This document shows, piece after piece, positions 48,787 through 58,375 of a stretch of 64,000 nucleotides of DNA; positions within the stretch are counted from its first letter, which is position 1; every line of letters starts with the position of its first letter. Made by a program: the position numbers and the translations under genes. The notes under the pieces were generated by a model. The model was not told the DNA's origin, made no database searches, and was given only the letters and a program-made list of their open reading frames with translations. This DNA comes from an uncultured archaeon (lineage in GTDB: Archaea; Asgardarchaeota; Thorarchaeia; Thorarchaeales; Thorarchaeaceae): NCBI GenBank assembly GCA_964473825.1, contig CAYYQL010000003.1, forward strand, positions 76,992-140,991. The letters are read 5' to 3'.

Positions 48787-49542
48787 ATGGCGAGAAGAGG
48801 TCAAAAGAAGCATCTCAAGCGACTACCTGCACCGAAGCATTGGCCAATCAAGAGGAAACACGGAAAGTTCACAACCCGGACTATTCCTGGACCGCATCCT
48901 AAGGAAGAATCGCTAACTCTGGCTATATTACTCCGGGAAGTTCTAGGATACGCTGAAACCATGAGAGAGGTAAAGACCATTCTATCTGGCGGACAGGTCA
49001 TGATAGATGGGCGGGTTCGGAAAGATCCCAGATACCCTGTTGGAGTCATGGATGTAATTCGGATTGAGTCCTCCAACGAGTTATTTAGGCTGCTCCCAAA
49101 GGTTCGTGGCGGCCTGAGACTTGTGAGTATTGATGAGTCAGAGGCATCATTCAAACTATGCCGCATTGAGAAGAAGATGATGGTTCCTGGAGGCAGACTG
49201 CAGCTGACACTTCATGATGGAAGAAACATCCTTCTTCCTGAAGGAAGCAAGTCCTCAGATTTCAATACCCTTGATACAGTAAAGATTGGCGTTCCAGATC
49301 AGGACTACATGTCCACCATACCACTCGAGAAGGCTGTCTATGCCGTAGTCAGCCGTGGTAAGAACGTAGGTATCGAAGGTAAGATAGTATCCATTGAACG
49401 CCGTTTCGGATCTCATGCCAGTATAGTCAGGCTTCAGGATGCTGAGGGCAACCAGGTCCAGACTGCTCTTGAGTATATATTCGTCCTTGGAAAGGATCAG
49501 CCCGAAGTTTCTCTTGCTTCAATCGGAGGTGCTGCTGAATGA
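48787..49542 (+). CDS. rps4e: 30S ribosomal protein eS4
   Basis: MARRGQKKHLKRLPAPKHWPI.. N-terminus plus a KOW region. Confidence 0.9.
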   Translation: MARRGQKKHLKRLPAPKHWPIKRKHGKFTTRTIPGPHPKEESLTLAILLREVLGYAETMREVKTILSGGQVMIDGRVRKDPRYPVGVMDVIRIESSNELFRLLPKVRGGLRLVSIDESEASFKLCRIEKKMMVPGGRLQLTLHDGRNILLPEGSKSSDFNTLDTVKIGVPDQDYMSTIPLEKAVYAVVSRGKNVGIEGKIVSIERRFGSHASIVRLQDAEGNQVQTALEYIFVLGKDQPEVSLASIGGAAE

Positions 49543-50132
49543 GCTCAAGTCCAGACGAATTGACACCAAATCAGGAAGTAATCTTGGAGGAATGGGAATC
49601 AACTCCCATGCGGCAACCGTTCATATCCAAGGTTGTCGTTGATATTTGTACTGGAGGCGGTGATGATCTTAACAGAGCTGCCACCATACTAGAGAATATT
49701 ACCGGTCAGAAGCCTGCACAGTCGCGGGCCAAACAGACCGTAAGAGAATTCGGCATTAGACGGAAAGAGGCAATCGCCGTCAGAGTGACACTTCGTCACG
49801 AAAAAGCGATTGACTTCCTCAAGAGAACACTTGAGGCGAAAGAAAAGACCTTACTGATTCGCAACTGGGACGAATCCGGTAATTTTGCCTTTGGAATAAG
49901 CGAACATATCGACATTTCCGGTGTGAAATACGACCCGAATCTTGGTATTCAGGGCATGAATGTCACTGTCTGTGTCGAACGCCCAGGTTACAGAGTGAAG
50001 AAACGAAGAAGAAGAAACGCTAGAATCCCGTATAGGCACAGGGTCACACCCGAAGAGAGTATGGTTTTCATCAAAGCGGAGTTCGGAGTTGAGATCCTTG
50101 AGAAGGAGCGAGAACGCACCTATCTGTTTTGA
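49539..50132 (+). CDS. rpl5: 50S ribosomal protein uL5
   Basis: Archaeal L5 sequence and conserved order. Confidence 0.9.
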   Translation: MSSSPDELTPNQEVILEEWESTPMRQPFISKVVVDICTGGGDDLNRAATILENITGQKPAQSRAKQTVREFGIRRKEAIAVRVTLRHEKAIDFLKRTLEAKEKTLLIRNWDESGNFAFGISEHIDISGVKYDPNLGIQGMNVTVCVERPGYRVKKRRRRNARIPYRHRVTPEESMVFIKAEFGVEILEKERERTYLF

Positions 50133-50140
50133 GGTGATCC

Positions 50141-50317
50141 ATGATGAGTAAATCGAGCAAAGATTCTGATAAGAAGCGCAAGAAAATGGGCAAAGGCAGT
50201 AGAAGATGTATACGCTGTGGAACTCACCAAGGAATCATCCGCTCCTACGGATTGAACATATGCCGGCGCTGTTTCAGAGAAACGGCTGAGAAGCTGGGAT
50301 TTCGGAAGTATAGCTAG
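50141..50317 (+). CDS. rps14: 30S ribosomal protein uS14 (type Z, zinc-binding)
   Basis: Unlisted 58-aa [61 protein letters not shown] with the CxxC...CxxC motif. Confidence 0.9.
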   Translation: MMSKSSKDSDKKRKKMGKGSRRCIRCGTHQGIIRSYGLNICRRCFRETAEKLGFRKYS

Positions 50318-50331
50318 GAGGTATCGAGAGA

Positions 50332-50724
50332 ATGACACTACTAGACCCACTGGCAGATGCAATGTCTACTATCCATAACAGTGAACTTGTGGGCAAACCA
50401 GAGGTTGTTGTCAGACCTGCATCAAGCCTGATCGAACGTGTATTGCGTGTCATGCAGTCAAGGGGTTACATCGGTGAATTCGAGAAGATTGATGATGGAA
50501 AGGCCGGAAGATTGAGAATTCAACTCATGGGCCGCACAAACAAATGTGGAGTCATCAAGCCAAGATTGCCTGTGAGACGTGACGGGTTTGAGAGATTCGA
50601 GAAGAGATTCCTCCCGGCGTACAACTTCGGGATTCTAATCGTGACTACTCCGCAAGGAGTAATGACCCATGAAGAGGCAAAGCGTCGTGGAATTGGTGGC
50701 AGACTGCTGGCTTACGTGTACTAG
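50332..50724 (+). CDS. rps8: 30S ribosomal protein uS8
   Basis: [18 protein letters not shown].. N-terminus. Confidence 0.9.
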   Translation: MTLLDPLADAMSTIHNSELVGKPEVVVRPASSLIERVLRVMQSRGYIGEFEKIDDGKAGRLRIQLMGRTNKCGVIKPRLPVRRDGFERFEKRFLPAYNFGILIVTTPQGVMTHEEAKRRGIGGRLLAYVY

Positions 50725-50735
50725 GAGGTTACAAG

Positions 50736-51302
50736 ATGTCCAAAACAGACTCACTGTATGAACAACGGATAGAGATTCCGGATGAAGTTCAAGTAGAGGT
50801 AGATGGGAAGACCGTCAAGGTCAGCGGCCCCAAGGGGACACTTGAAAGAAGATTTCCTGAACCACAGACTGTCATTGACTTGGAAGGTAACGAGTTAGTT
50901 GCAGGAACCCCCATCGCAAGAAAACACACAAAGGCTCTGGTCGGAACAGTGGTTGCTCATGTACGAAACATGATTGTTGGAGTAGTACACGGGTATACCT
51001 ACGAGATGAAAGTGGTATACTCGCACTTCCCAATCAACGTCGAGATTCATGGCGATGAGGTATGGATTAAGAACTTCATCGGAGAGCGAGGAACGAGAAA
51101 AGCTCGGATTATGGGTGACGCGGATGTCAAGGCCCTTGAGGACGAAGTGATAATCGATGGGATAGACATCGAGGACGTTTCTCAGACTGCAGCTAATATA
51201 CAACTGGCCTGTAACATCCCTGACAAAGATCGTCGAATATTCCTTGACGGGATATACGTCATCAAGAAGCGAAAAGGCGAACATGTGAAATCAATTGTCT
51301 AG
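50736..51302 (+). CDS. rpl6: 50S ribosomal protein uL6
   Basis: Two-domain L6 sequence. Confidence 0.9.
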   Translation: MSKTDSLYEQRIEIPDEVQVEVDGKTVKVSGPKGTLERRFPEPQTVIDLEGNELVAGTPIARKHTKALVGTVVAHVRNMIVGVVHGYTYEMKVVYSHFPINVEIHGDEVWIKNFIGERGTRKARIMGDADVKALEDEVIIDGIDIEDVSQTAANIQLACNIPDKDRRIFLDGIYVIKKRKGEHVKSIV

Positions 51303-51313
51303 GAGGCCACAGA

Positions 51314-52282
51314 ATGTCGAAGAAATCGAAGAAAACAGCGGCAGGAAATTCACTTGACATTCCACTTGAGGAACTACCGGGAGTAGGTGACAAGACTCGC
51401 CAAGAGCTCGTCAAAGCCGGCTACAAATCTGTTCGTGCAATAGCAGAAGCTGATCCCTCTAAGCTGGCTGAGAAGGTAGACGGAGTGGGCGATGTCACAG
51501 CCCAAAAGATGATTGATGCAGCCATGGAGCTAGTCAAAGATGCGTCACTTCAGGAACTACCGGGAGTGGGTGACAAGACTCGCCAAGGGCTCGTCAAGGC
51601 TGGTTATAAGCTTCTAAGCAAGATTGCAGAAACTGATCCGTCCGAACTGGCCGAGAAGGTAGATGGAGTCGGCGAGGCCACAGCCAAGAAGATTGTGAAG
51701 GCAGCAAAGAAGATGTCTAAGGCGCCTGCTGTGGAGAAGACGCCCGAGAAAGAAGCGGAAGAGAAACCGGCGCCAAAGAAGCCTGCCAAGAAGGCAAAAC
51801 CGGCCAAGAAAACGCCTAAACCAAAACCATCTGAACAGCGAGTCGACTCTCGTCTTGTTAGACTTGCTCGTGAGAAGAGACGCCGAAAACCTGCTTTCAG
51901 AAATGTACAATCACACAGATGGAAGCGTGTTAAGGACTCGTGGAGGAAGGTGCGGGGCATCGATAGTGCGGTACGTGAGAAGAAGAAAGGCAGACCTGCA
52001 ATGGTCAATGCTGGTTACCGTACCCCTAAGGCTGTCAGAGGCTTGCATCCGTCGAACTTGGAAGAAGTACTGGTCTATCGCCCTGCGGATTTGGACGGCC
52101 TCGACCCTGATATCCATGCAGTTCGCATCGGCGGAACCGTGGGGATGCGGAAGAAACAGGCCATAATCAAGAAAGCTGACACAATGATGCTTAGAGTACT
52201 CAATCCAGGTGCACCAGAAGATCTCATGGAAGAGGACCTCTTCACTGAGCTCGATGTCATGGATGAACTGGAGGTTGACTAG
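51314..52282 (+). CDS. rpl32e: 50S ribosomal protein eL32 with an N-terminal tandem helix-hairpin-helix extension and a lysine-rich linker
   Basis: The C-terminal core ..RWKRVKDSWRKVRGIDS..GYRTPKAVRGLHPS.. is L32e. The N-terminus carries two ~60-aa LxELPGVGDKTRQxLVKAGYK repeats. Confidence 0.85.
   Translation: MSKKSKKTAAGNSLDIPLEELPGVGDKTRQELVKAGYKSVRAIAEADPSKLAEKVDGVGDVTAQKMIDAAMELVKDASLQELPGVGDKTRQGLVKAGYKLLSKIAETDPSELAEKVDGVGEATAKKIVKAAKKMSKAPAVEKTPEKEAEEKPAPKKPAKKAKPAKKTPKPKPSEQRVDSRLVRLAREKRRRKPAFRNVQSHRWKRVKDSWRKVRGIDSAVREKKKGRPAMVNAGYRTPKAVRGLHPSNLEEVLVYRPADLDGLDPDIHAVRIGGTVGMRKKQAIIKKADTMMLRVLNPGAPEDLMEEDLFTELDVMDELEVD
51366..51729 (+). repeat. 182-nt tandem duplication inside the eL32 N-terminal extension (two HhH modules)
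   Basis: cttgaggaactaccgggagtaggtgacaagactcgccaag... recurs at 51548 with about 80% nucleotide identity. Confidence 0.7.
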
Positions 52283-52283
52283 A

Positions 52284-52730
52284 ATGAATCTTACTGCTCA
52301 GAAACGATTGGCTGCTGAAGTGCTGAAAGTTGGCATATCCCGAGTATGGATTGATCCTGACTTTCAAGATGAAGCCTCTCTGGCAATAACTAAGGATGAT
52401 ATTCGCAGACTTATTGACGAAGGGGCAATTCAGAAGAAACAGAAGCGCGGGGTGAGCCGCGGCAGAGCAAGACACGCTATCGAACAGCGCCGAAAAGGCC
52501 GGAGAAGCGGTCCTGGGCGAAAGAAGGGTCATGCAACATCAAAGCTGTCTGGTAAGGATCGTTGGATGCGGAAGATACGACCAATCCGACGTGAATTGAA
52601 GAAGCTTCGAGATGAAGGAACAATATCGCCCGGCGTCTATCGTGATTTGTATATGAAAGCAAAGGGCAATGTCTTCAGAAGCACTGCTCACCTGAGGACG
52701 TACATATCAGAGCGAAATCTGGAGGAATGA
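52284..52730 (+). CDS. rpl19e: 50S ribosomal protein eL19
   Basis: [25 protein letters not shown].. N-terminus. The internal ATG was taken as start. Confidence 0.9.
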   Translation: MNLTAQKRLAAEVLKVGISRVWIDPDFQDEASLAITKDDIRRLIDEGAIQKKQKRGVSRGRARHAIEQRRKGRRSGPGRKKGHATSKLSGKDRWMRKIRPIRRELKKLRDEGTISPGVYRDLYMKAKGNVFRSTAHLRTYISERNLEE

Positions 52731-53497
52731 AGATAGTGGCACACGGTCCCACATACAGGGTCAAGTTTAGAAGACGGCGAGAGGGTAAGACTAACTACTA
52801 TCGTCGTCGCAGACTGTTATTATCCAGAAAGCCCCGTCTTGTGGTTCGAAAGACCAATAACGCAACCATTGTACAGTTTGTTGTCGCGAAGGCAATCGGT
52901 GATGAGACTATAGCTACAGCTGTATCAGACGAGCTCACTGATCATGGCTGGGTGGCGGGAACGGCAAATATGCCTGCTGCCTATCTCACTGGTCTACTAG
53001 CCGGACGACGTGCAAAGAGCCGTGGTATTGATGAAGCCATACTAGATGTTGGACTTCACCCTCCAATCCGTGGTTCGAAGATATATGCCGCCCTCAATGG
53101 TGTTCTCGACGCCGACGTTCCTGTAGCACACGATCCAGAGGTTCTTCCATCAGAAGAAAGGATTCGAGGTGAGCATATCGTCGAAGCCTTTGAGCACTTC
53201 TCTGATGAGTCTGAGAATCCAGTTTTCAATAATGTTGGTTCACGCAAGACGAACATAACAACCATTCCAAAGAAGTTTGATGCTGTTCGGGATGCGATAC
53301 TAAATATCCCCGCATCAGAACTGAAGAAAAAGAAGAAGAAGACCCCGAAAGAAACGAAGCCTTCAAAGCCCAAAGGGGAGAAGAAACCCAAGAAGGAAAA
53401 GAAGGCAAAGGCTCCGCGAGCCAAGCCCACAGAAGCCAAGCCAAAGAAACTACTATCTCGTGGTAAGAGTAAGAAGGGCAGGAAACGCAAGAAATAG
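52727..53497 (+). CDS. rpl18: 50S ribosomal protein uL18 with a ~60-aa lysine-rich C-terminal tail
   Basis: The L18/L5e core is followed by [28 protein letters not shown]... Confidence 0.85.
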   Translation: MKIVAHGPTYRVKFRRRREGKTNYYRRRRLLLSRKPRLVVRKTNNATIVQFVVAKAIGDETIATAVSDELTDHGWVAGTANMPAAYLTGLLAGRRAKSRGIDEAILDVGLHPPIRGSKIYAALNGVLDADVPVAHDPEVLPSEERIRGEHIVEAFEHFSDESENPVFNNVGSRKTNITTIPKKFDAVRDAILNIPASELKKKKKKTPKETKPSKPKGEKKPKKEKKAKAPRAKPTEAKPKKLLSRGKSKKGRKRKK

Positions 53498-53510
53498 GGG
53501 ATGAATCAAG

Positions 53511-54182
53511 ATGAGCAGAAAACGTAGACAATCCCGCAGCGACCATGACCCCATCCAAGACTGGGAACCCAAGACCAATTTGGGGATGCTGGTGAAGGAA
53601 GGGCACATCAACAGCATAGAAGATATAATTGAGAACAACTACACAATCCGAGAGTCTGAGATTGTCGATGTGCTGTTTCCTGATCTTCGGCAGGAGGCTG
53701 TGGATGTTACCCTTGTTCAACGACAATCAGATAGTGGTCAACAGAGGAGTTTCAGAATCACCGTTGTTGTTGGTAACGGGGAGGGCATTATTGGTCTAGG
53801 TATGGGTAAGGCTCCCGAGTTTGTGCCCGCAATCCGGGCTGCCGAGACCCGAGCCAAGATGAACATCACCCTCTTTCGTAGAGGCTGTGGCTCTTGGGAA
53901 TGCCGATGTGATGAACCACATAGTGTTCCCTTCGAGGTGGTAGGTCGCTCTGGATCAGTGAAGGTGACTCTCAGACCGGCCCCCAAAGGCACAGGGCTTG
54001 TAACCGCAGATGTTGGGAAGATTGTGCTTCGAATTGCCGGCTTACATGATGTATGGTCCATAACAAAGGGTCGGTCGCGATCCTCCTCGAATTTCGCGAA
54101 GGCTTTCGTTGACGCCTTGACCAAGACATACCGCGTGTTGCCCCCTCAAGAATGGGCTATTACAGGAGCGTATGATCAATGA
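53511..54182 (+). CDS. rps5: 30S ribosomal protein uS5
   Basis: dsRBD-like N-domain plus the S5 C-domain (..VVVGNGEGIIGLGMGKA..). Confidence 0.9.
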   Translation: MSRKRRQSRSDHDPIQDWEPKTNLGMLVKEGHINSIEDIIENNYTIRESEIVDVLFPDLRQEAVDVTLVQRQSDSGQQRSFRITVVVGNGEGIIGLGMGKAPEFVPAIRAAETRAKMNITLFRRGCGSWECRCDEPHSVPFEVVGRSGSVKVTLRPAPKGTGLVTADVGKIVLRIAGLHDVWSITKGRSRSSSNFAKAFVDALTKTYRVLPPQEWAITGAYDQ

Positions 54183-54664
54183 CCGATGAAGACAGTCCAG
54201 TTGTTCTGGCCATTCGGGTTAGAGGTCAGGTGCGAGTTCGTCCTCAAATCAAGTATACCTTGGATAAACTCAAGCTTGGCAGGTTACATCATGCCAGGAT
54301 ACTGAAAATGACTCCGAGTGTCCGCGGAATGATCACCAAAGCAAAGGACTATCTAACATGGGGCGAAGTTGACGAAGCAACAGTAGTCAAACTGCTAGAG
54401 AAACGAGGTAGGCTCTCAGGTAACCGTCGACTTACTGACGGATACGTTAAGGAGCACTCTAACTACAAATCAATCAAGGCCTTTGCAAAGGCGATTGCAG
54501 CTGGAGAGGCAGATCTGTATGCAGTTGATGGCGTTAAGCCGATTTTTAGGCTGACTCCCCCCTCTGGAGGATATGACGGCAAGACTGCTCTGTCTTTTGA
54601 GGTGGGCGGCGCGACTGGCTATCGCGGAGAAGCCATAAGCGAATTGGCTATGAAGATGATATAG
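54179..54664 (+). CDS. rpl30: 50S ribosomal protein uL30
   Basis: ..LAIRVRGQVRVRPQIKYTLDKLKL.. motif. Confidence 0.85.
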   Translation: MTDEDSPVVLAIRVRGQVRVRPQIKYTLDKLKLGRLHHARILKMTPSVRGMITKAKDYLTWGEVDEATVVKLLEKRGRLSGNRRLTDGYVKEHSNYKSIKAFAKAIAAGEADLYAVDGVKPIFRLTPPSGGYDGKTALSFEVGGATGYRGEAISELAMKMI

Positions 54665-54676
54665 AGGTGCAAGACA

Positions 54677-55225
54677 ATGACTTGGCGCGATCCCAATGAT
54701 GACGAACGTGACGACCCTCGGAAGCTGTTCCGAAAGTGGTTTGGTTCCTTCTTCTCAGATGATATGTTCAGGCAGATGGAGGAGATGATGGAACGCATGG
54801 TCAGAAACATGGACCAAGGTCCGATGTTCGACAGGAAAGAGCTCGAGGAGTTCATGCGTTCACCAAACGCTATTAATCCATTTGTAATGGGGTTCTCAGT
54901 GCGGATAGGACCTGATGGAAAACCAGTCGTTCAAAGATTTGGAAACTCTCTTCCCGAGGATGAGCGAGCCGGTCCGCAGGGCACAATAGAACCACTTGTG
55001 GACGTCCTAGAGGAAGATGATGAGGTTGTTGTGGTCGCTGAAGTGCCTGGTGTCGGGAGCGACGAGATCGGCGTCAAGGTCAGGGGTAAGACACTAACAA
55101 TTCATACAGATAACCCTCAGAGACCGTATCACAAAGAGATTCAGTTGCCCGTCGATGTCAAGAAGGGGGACGCAAGTTCTTCCATCCGGAATGGGGTTCT
55201 AGAAGTCCGGCTCAAGAAATCATGA
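54677..55225 (+). CDS. Hsp20/alpha-crystallin family small heat-shock protein
   Basis: Alpha-crystallin domain (..DVLEEDDEVVVVAEVPGV..IRNGVLEVRLKK). It sits between uL30 and uL15 with 12- and 9-nt spacers. Confidence 0.7.
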   Translation: MTWRDPNDDERDDPRKLFRKWFGSFFSDDMFRQMEEMMERMVRNMDQGPMFDRKELEEFMRSPNAINPFVMGFSVRIGPDGKPVVQRFGNSLPEDERAGPQGTIEPLVDVLEEDDEVVVVAEVPGVGSDEIGVKVRGKTLTIHTDNPQRPYHKEIQLPVDVKKGDASSSIRNGVLEVRLKKS

Positions 55226-55234
55226 TCAAAGGAG

Positions 55235-55705
55235 TTGCTGAGGATGACACGAAAGAGAAAATCGAAGAAGATTAACAAGATGCGTGGCCGTAGGGCTGCA
55301 GGTTATGGTTTCAGTGCAGGCCACAGAGCGTCTGGACAAAGGGGCGGCAAGGGCAACGCCGGTACCAAGAAGCATCATTATATCAAGACAGTGACCAAAG
55401 ACCCTCGCTATTTCGGGAAATGGGGTTTCAAACGACCACAGAGAATCGTTGAAGAGACTACAGTCCTCAATATCGGTGAGATTGATGCTATGGCCGATAA
55501 ATACGTCGAGAGAGGTATCGCTGAGAAAAATGGCAAACGTTACATCATTGATGTGTCCAAGATAGGTGTCGAGAAAGTCCTGGGATCGGGACAGGTCACC
55601 AAGAAGATAGACCTAAAGGGTGCAGAGAAACTGAGTACACGAGCGAAGCAGAAGATTCTCGACGTTGGCGGTACAATTGACCTGCTAGAAGAAGAGTCTG
55701 CATGA
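55235..55705 (+). CDS. rpl15: 50S ribosomal protein uL15
   Basis: ..GRRAAGYGFSAGHRASGQRGGKGNAG.. motif. Confidence 0.9.
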   Translation: MLRMTRKRKSKKINKMRGRRAAGYGFSAGHRASGQRGGKGNAGTKKHHYIKTVTKDPRYFGKWGFKRPQRIVEETTVLNIGEIDAMADKYVERGIAEKNGKRYIIDVSKIGVEKVLGSGQVTKKIDLKGAEKLSTRAKQKILDVGGTIDLLEEESA

Positions 55706-55710
55706 ATAGT

Positions 55711-55743
55711 GGAGGGCGTCGCCCCTCTTTCCATTTCTTTTAC
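55711..55743 (+). terminator. GC hairpin (GGAGGGCG-tc-GCCCCTC) followed by a T-rich tract after uL15
   Basis: Perfect 7-8-bp stem immediately 3' of the uL15 stop, then TTTCCATTTCTTTTACTC. Confidence 0.45.
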
Positions 55744-56017
55744 TCTTGATTTCAGATGAGCGATAGGTTATGTTGGAATTGCAGTGATTGGTCATAGACA
55801 GTTTCATACAACTTGGAGACTTACAGACAATAATCCGAGAGAGCTGACAAGACACTTTTCAGCTCAGTACAATAGAATAAGCATTAGCTCAACCTGAAAA
55901 GATGCCCCCTTGGGGATCCACTTCATCGACGTATGCAGCCCCGGTGTCCAGTACTGTGCAACTCGTAATGAATAGAGCTACTCTTCTCTATACAGCCTGC
56001 TTGCTAGCACTGTACTG

Positions 56018-56043
56018 TTATTATAGACCACTAGCTTTAAAGG
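56018..56043 (+). promoter_or_regulatory. AT-rich TATA-like boxes (TTATTATAG / CTTTAAAGG) upstream of secY
   Basis: Located about 95-120 nt upstream of the probable secY start, within a 432-nt noncoding gap. Confidence 0.3.
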
Positions 56044-56137
56044 CATTCATCAGCTCGAAGCCAAAAAGCAACCCTGCAGGAGACTTTGAGGTATGCCATC
56101 GACGTTTCTTCGAATCCTGAGCCCGGCGGTTCGTATA

Positions 56138-57592
56138 ATGCCCGAGGTAAAGGCGCCAGATAGAGAGGTCTCGTTCCGTGAGAAGGCTGTATGGACCATC
56201 GTTGTTCTCATAATCTTCTTGGTTATGAGCCATATGCCTCTGTATGGAGTCAACAAAGATGTCGGGACTGACTATCTGTGGGCCATGCGAGTCATTCTAG
56301 CCAGTACACGTGGAACATTGATGGAGCTTGGAATAGGACCAATTGTCACTGCAGGACTTGTTATGCAGCTCCTCTCAGGTTCAAAAATAATCGATGTTGA
56401 CTATAGCGATCCTGAAGATCGAGCCCTGTTCACAGGTGGCCAGAAAGTACTTGCAATGTTGATGACTGGCTTTCAGGCTTTTGCCTACCTCGTGGGAGGA
56501 GCATATGGTGAGCTCCAACCTACTCAAGAGGTCATAGTGTTTCTGCAGCTCTTTGTTTCTGGAGTCGTCGTCATTCTCATGGACGAGCTCATCCAGAAGG
56601 GATGGGGTCTTGGGTCCGGTGTGTCCCTGTTTATCATGACGAATGTTGCAGGACAAGTAATCTTCAACTCTCTTGACACTCTCAACACAGAAGCTGTAGC
56701 ACCAACAGGCTATCCGGAGGGTGGCACTGGCCTGCCAAAGGGTATCATAGCAGCTCTTATCTCCAACATCCTGCGAGTATTCGGTGTAGGCAGTGAGGTC
56801 TATCCCCCTGTAGATTTCACTTGGTTGTTCTTCAGAGACGGGTATAATCCAAGCATATTTGCACTGCTGGTGACCATTGGAATCCTCTTCGGTGTTTTGT
56901 GGATGGAGAGTGTGAGAGTCGAAGTACCGCTACAGTACGCACGATACCGCGGAATGAAGGCTAGGTATCCTATCAAACTGCTCTATACCTCGAATATACC
57001 TGTCATTCTTGCACAGGCTCTCTTTGCAAACATACTATTCTTTGCACAGATCATCTTCACCAACTTCAATCAAGATGGGACTAACCCGTTCCTCAGCTGG
57101 ATTGGGGTCTTTGAGCAACAGGAGGGCAGTACACAGATGGTGGCCACTGCAGGCCTATCGCGGTACATCACGCCGCCTCAGGGCCTCATGGTATTCACCC
57201 AACCAGATGGCATACTACATGTGTTATTCTATGCGGGATTCATGATCCTGTTATGTTGGGGATTCAGCACCATCTGGGTTGAGATAAGCGGCATTGCTCC
57301 ACGCGATGTATCTCGCCAGCTGCTGGGCTCAGGATACATTGTTCCTGGATTCAGAAGGAGCGAAAAGGTCTTGGAGCGATTGCTTCAGCGCTACATCCCA
57401 ATTGTTGCAGGACTTGGCGGTTTCCTAATTGGAGTTCTTGCGTCCTTTGCTGATGTTCTCGGGGCGCTCGCCAGTGGTACTGGTATACTGCTCATGGTGT
57501 CTATTATCAAGCAATACTACGAGCAGATTGCAAAAGAACAGCTTGCAGAAATGGGTGGCGAAGGAGTATCAGGCCTACTAGGAATTCTGTAG
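56138..57592 (+). CDS. secY: preprotein translocase subunit SecY
   Basis: 10-TM SecY sequence. The N-terminal MPEVKAPDREVSFREKAVWT matches archaeal SecY starts; the track ORF begins at 56093. Confidence 0.9.
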   Translation: MPEVKAPDREVSFREKAVWTIVVLIIFLVMSHMPLYGVNKDVGTDYLWAMRVILASTRGTLMELGIGPIVTAGLVMQLLSGSKIIDVDYSDPEDRALFTGGQKVLAMLMTGFQAFAYLVGGAYGELQPTQEVIVFLQLFVSGVVVILMDELIQKGWGLGSGVSLFIMTNVAGQVIFNSLDTLNTEAVAPTGYPEGGTGLPKGIIAALISNILRVFGVGSEVYPPVDFTWLFFRDGYNPSIFALLVTIGILFGVLWMESVRVEVPLQYARYRGMKARYPIKLLYTSNIPVILAQALFANILFFAQIIFTNFNQDGTNPFLSWIGVFEQQEGSTQMVATAGLSRYITPPQGLMVFTQPDGILHVLFYAGFMILLCWGFSTIWVEISGIAPRDVSRQLLGSGYIVPGFRRSEKVLERLLQRYIPIVAGLGGFLIGVLASFADVLGALASGTGILLMVSIIKQYYEQIAKEQLAEMGGEGVSGLLGIL

Positions 57593-57779
57593 AATTGGGG
57601 CCTATCCATGGTCCCAGTGCCCCTCTCTCACTCAGTTCACCGGCACTGACTGGCTTACAGATCCTTGTGCATGCATATAAGCTGGTCTCAGCCACTCATA
57701 AGCGAACTATCCACAGAATGATATATATCAATGACAAACCGTCGCATCGATTAGACGCTAAGAACAAGGTGAGAACGAA

Positions 57780-58367
57780 TTGAGTGACAATAGTGTGGTC
57801 ATTGTAACGGGAATCCCTGGCGTGGGTAAGACTACTGTGATTGACAAGGCTGTGGAGATGGTCAAGAAGAAACACGGCGAAGAGGTATTGGTACTGAACT
57901 TCGGTACCGAGATGTTCGAGGCAGCGTCCGCAAAAAATCTGGTCAAAGACCGCGACGAAATGAGGAAGATGTCATCTGACAAACAGAGAGAGATTCAGAA
58001 GTCTGCGGGGGAACGTATTGCCGAGAAGGCAAAGAGCTCGAGAGTCATCGTTGACACACATACCCTGATTCAGACCAACAATGGATTCCTCATCGGACTA
58101 CCTGAGTGGGTTGCCAAAGCCATTTCGCCTAAGACCGTGGTCCTGGTAGAGGCCGATCCCGATAACATTGCTGCTCGTAGAAGTGATGATCCAACACGCG
58201 AACGTGATATGCAGGCAGTGGAGAGCATCAAGGTGCATCAAGAGATGTGTCGAGCAGCAGCAGTGTCTGTAGGGACATTGACTGGTGCTACCGTAAGGAT
58301 AATCAAGAATCGTCAAGGTCAGGTTGACATGGCAGCTCTCGAGCTCCACGATACGTTGATGGAGTAG
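57780..58367 (+). CDS. adkA: adenylate kinase, archaeal type
   Basis: P-loop GIPGVGKTT; the archaeal AdkA family follows secY. TTG start. Confidence 0.85.
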   Translation: MSDNSVVIVTGIPGVGKTTVIDKAVEMVKKKHGEEVLVLNFGTEMFEAASAKNLVKDRDEMRKMSSDKQREIQKSAGERIAEKAKSSRVIVDTHTLIQTNNGFLIGLPEWVAKAISPKTVVLVEADPDNIAARRSDDPTRERDMQAVESIKVHQEMCRAAAVSVGTLTGATVRIIKNRQGQVDMAALELHDTLME

Positions 58368-58375
58368 GTGACCTA

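Noticed and set aside
51604-52008. Minus-strand ORFs inside eL32 (134 and 98 aa)
   Set aside because: They are antisense to the lysine-rich linker and repeat region of eL32 and have F/S/L-rich low-complexity translations. They are spurious.
53056-53726. Minus-strand ORFs of 144 and 166 aa across uL18/uS5
   Set aside because: They are antisense to the K-rich tail of uL18 and the start of uS5, with F/S-rich low-complexity translations. They are spurious.
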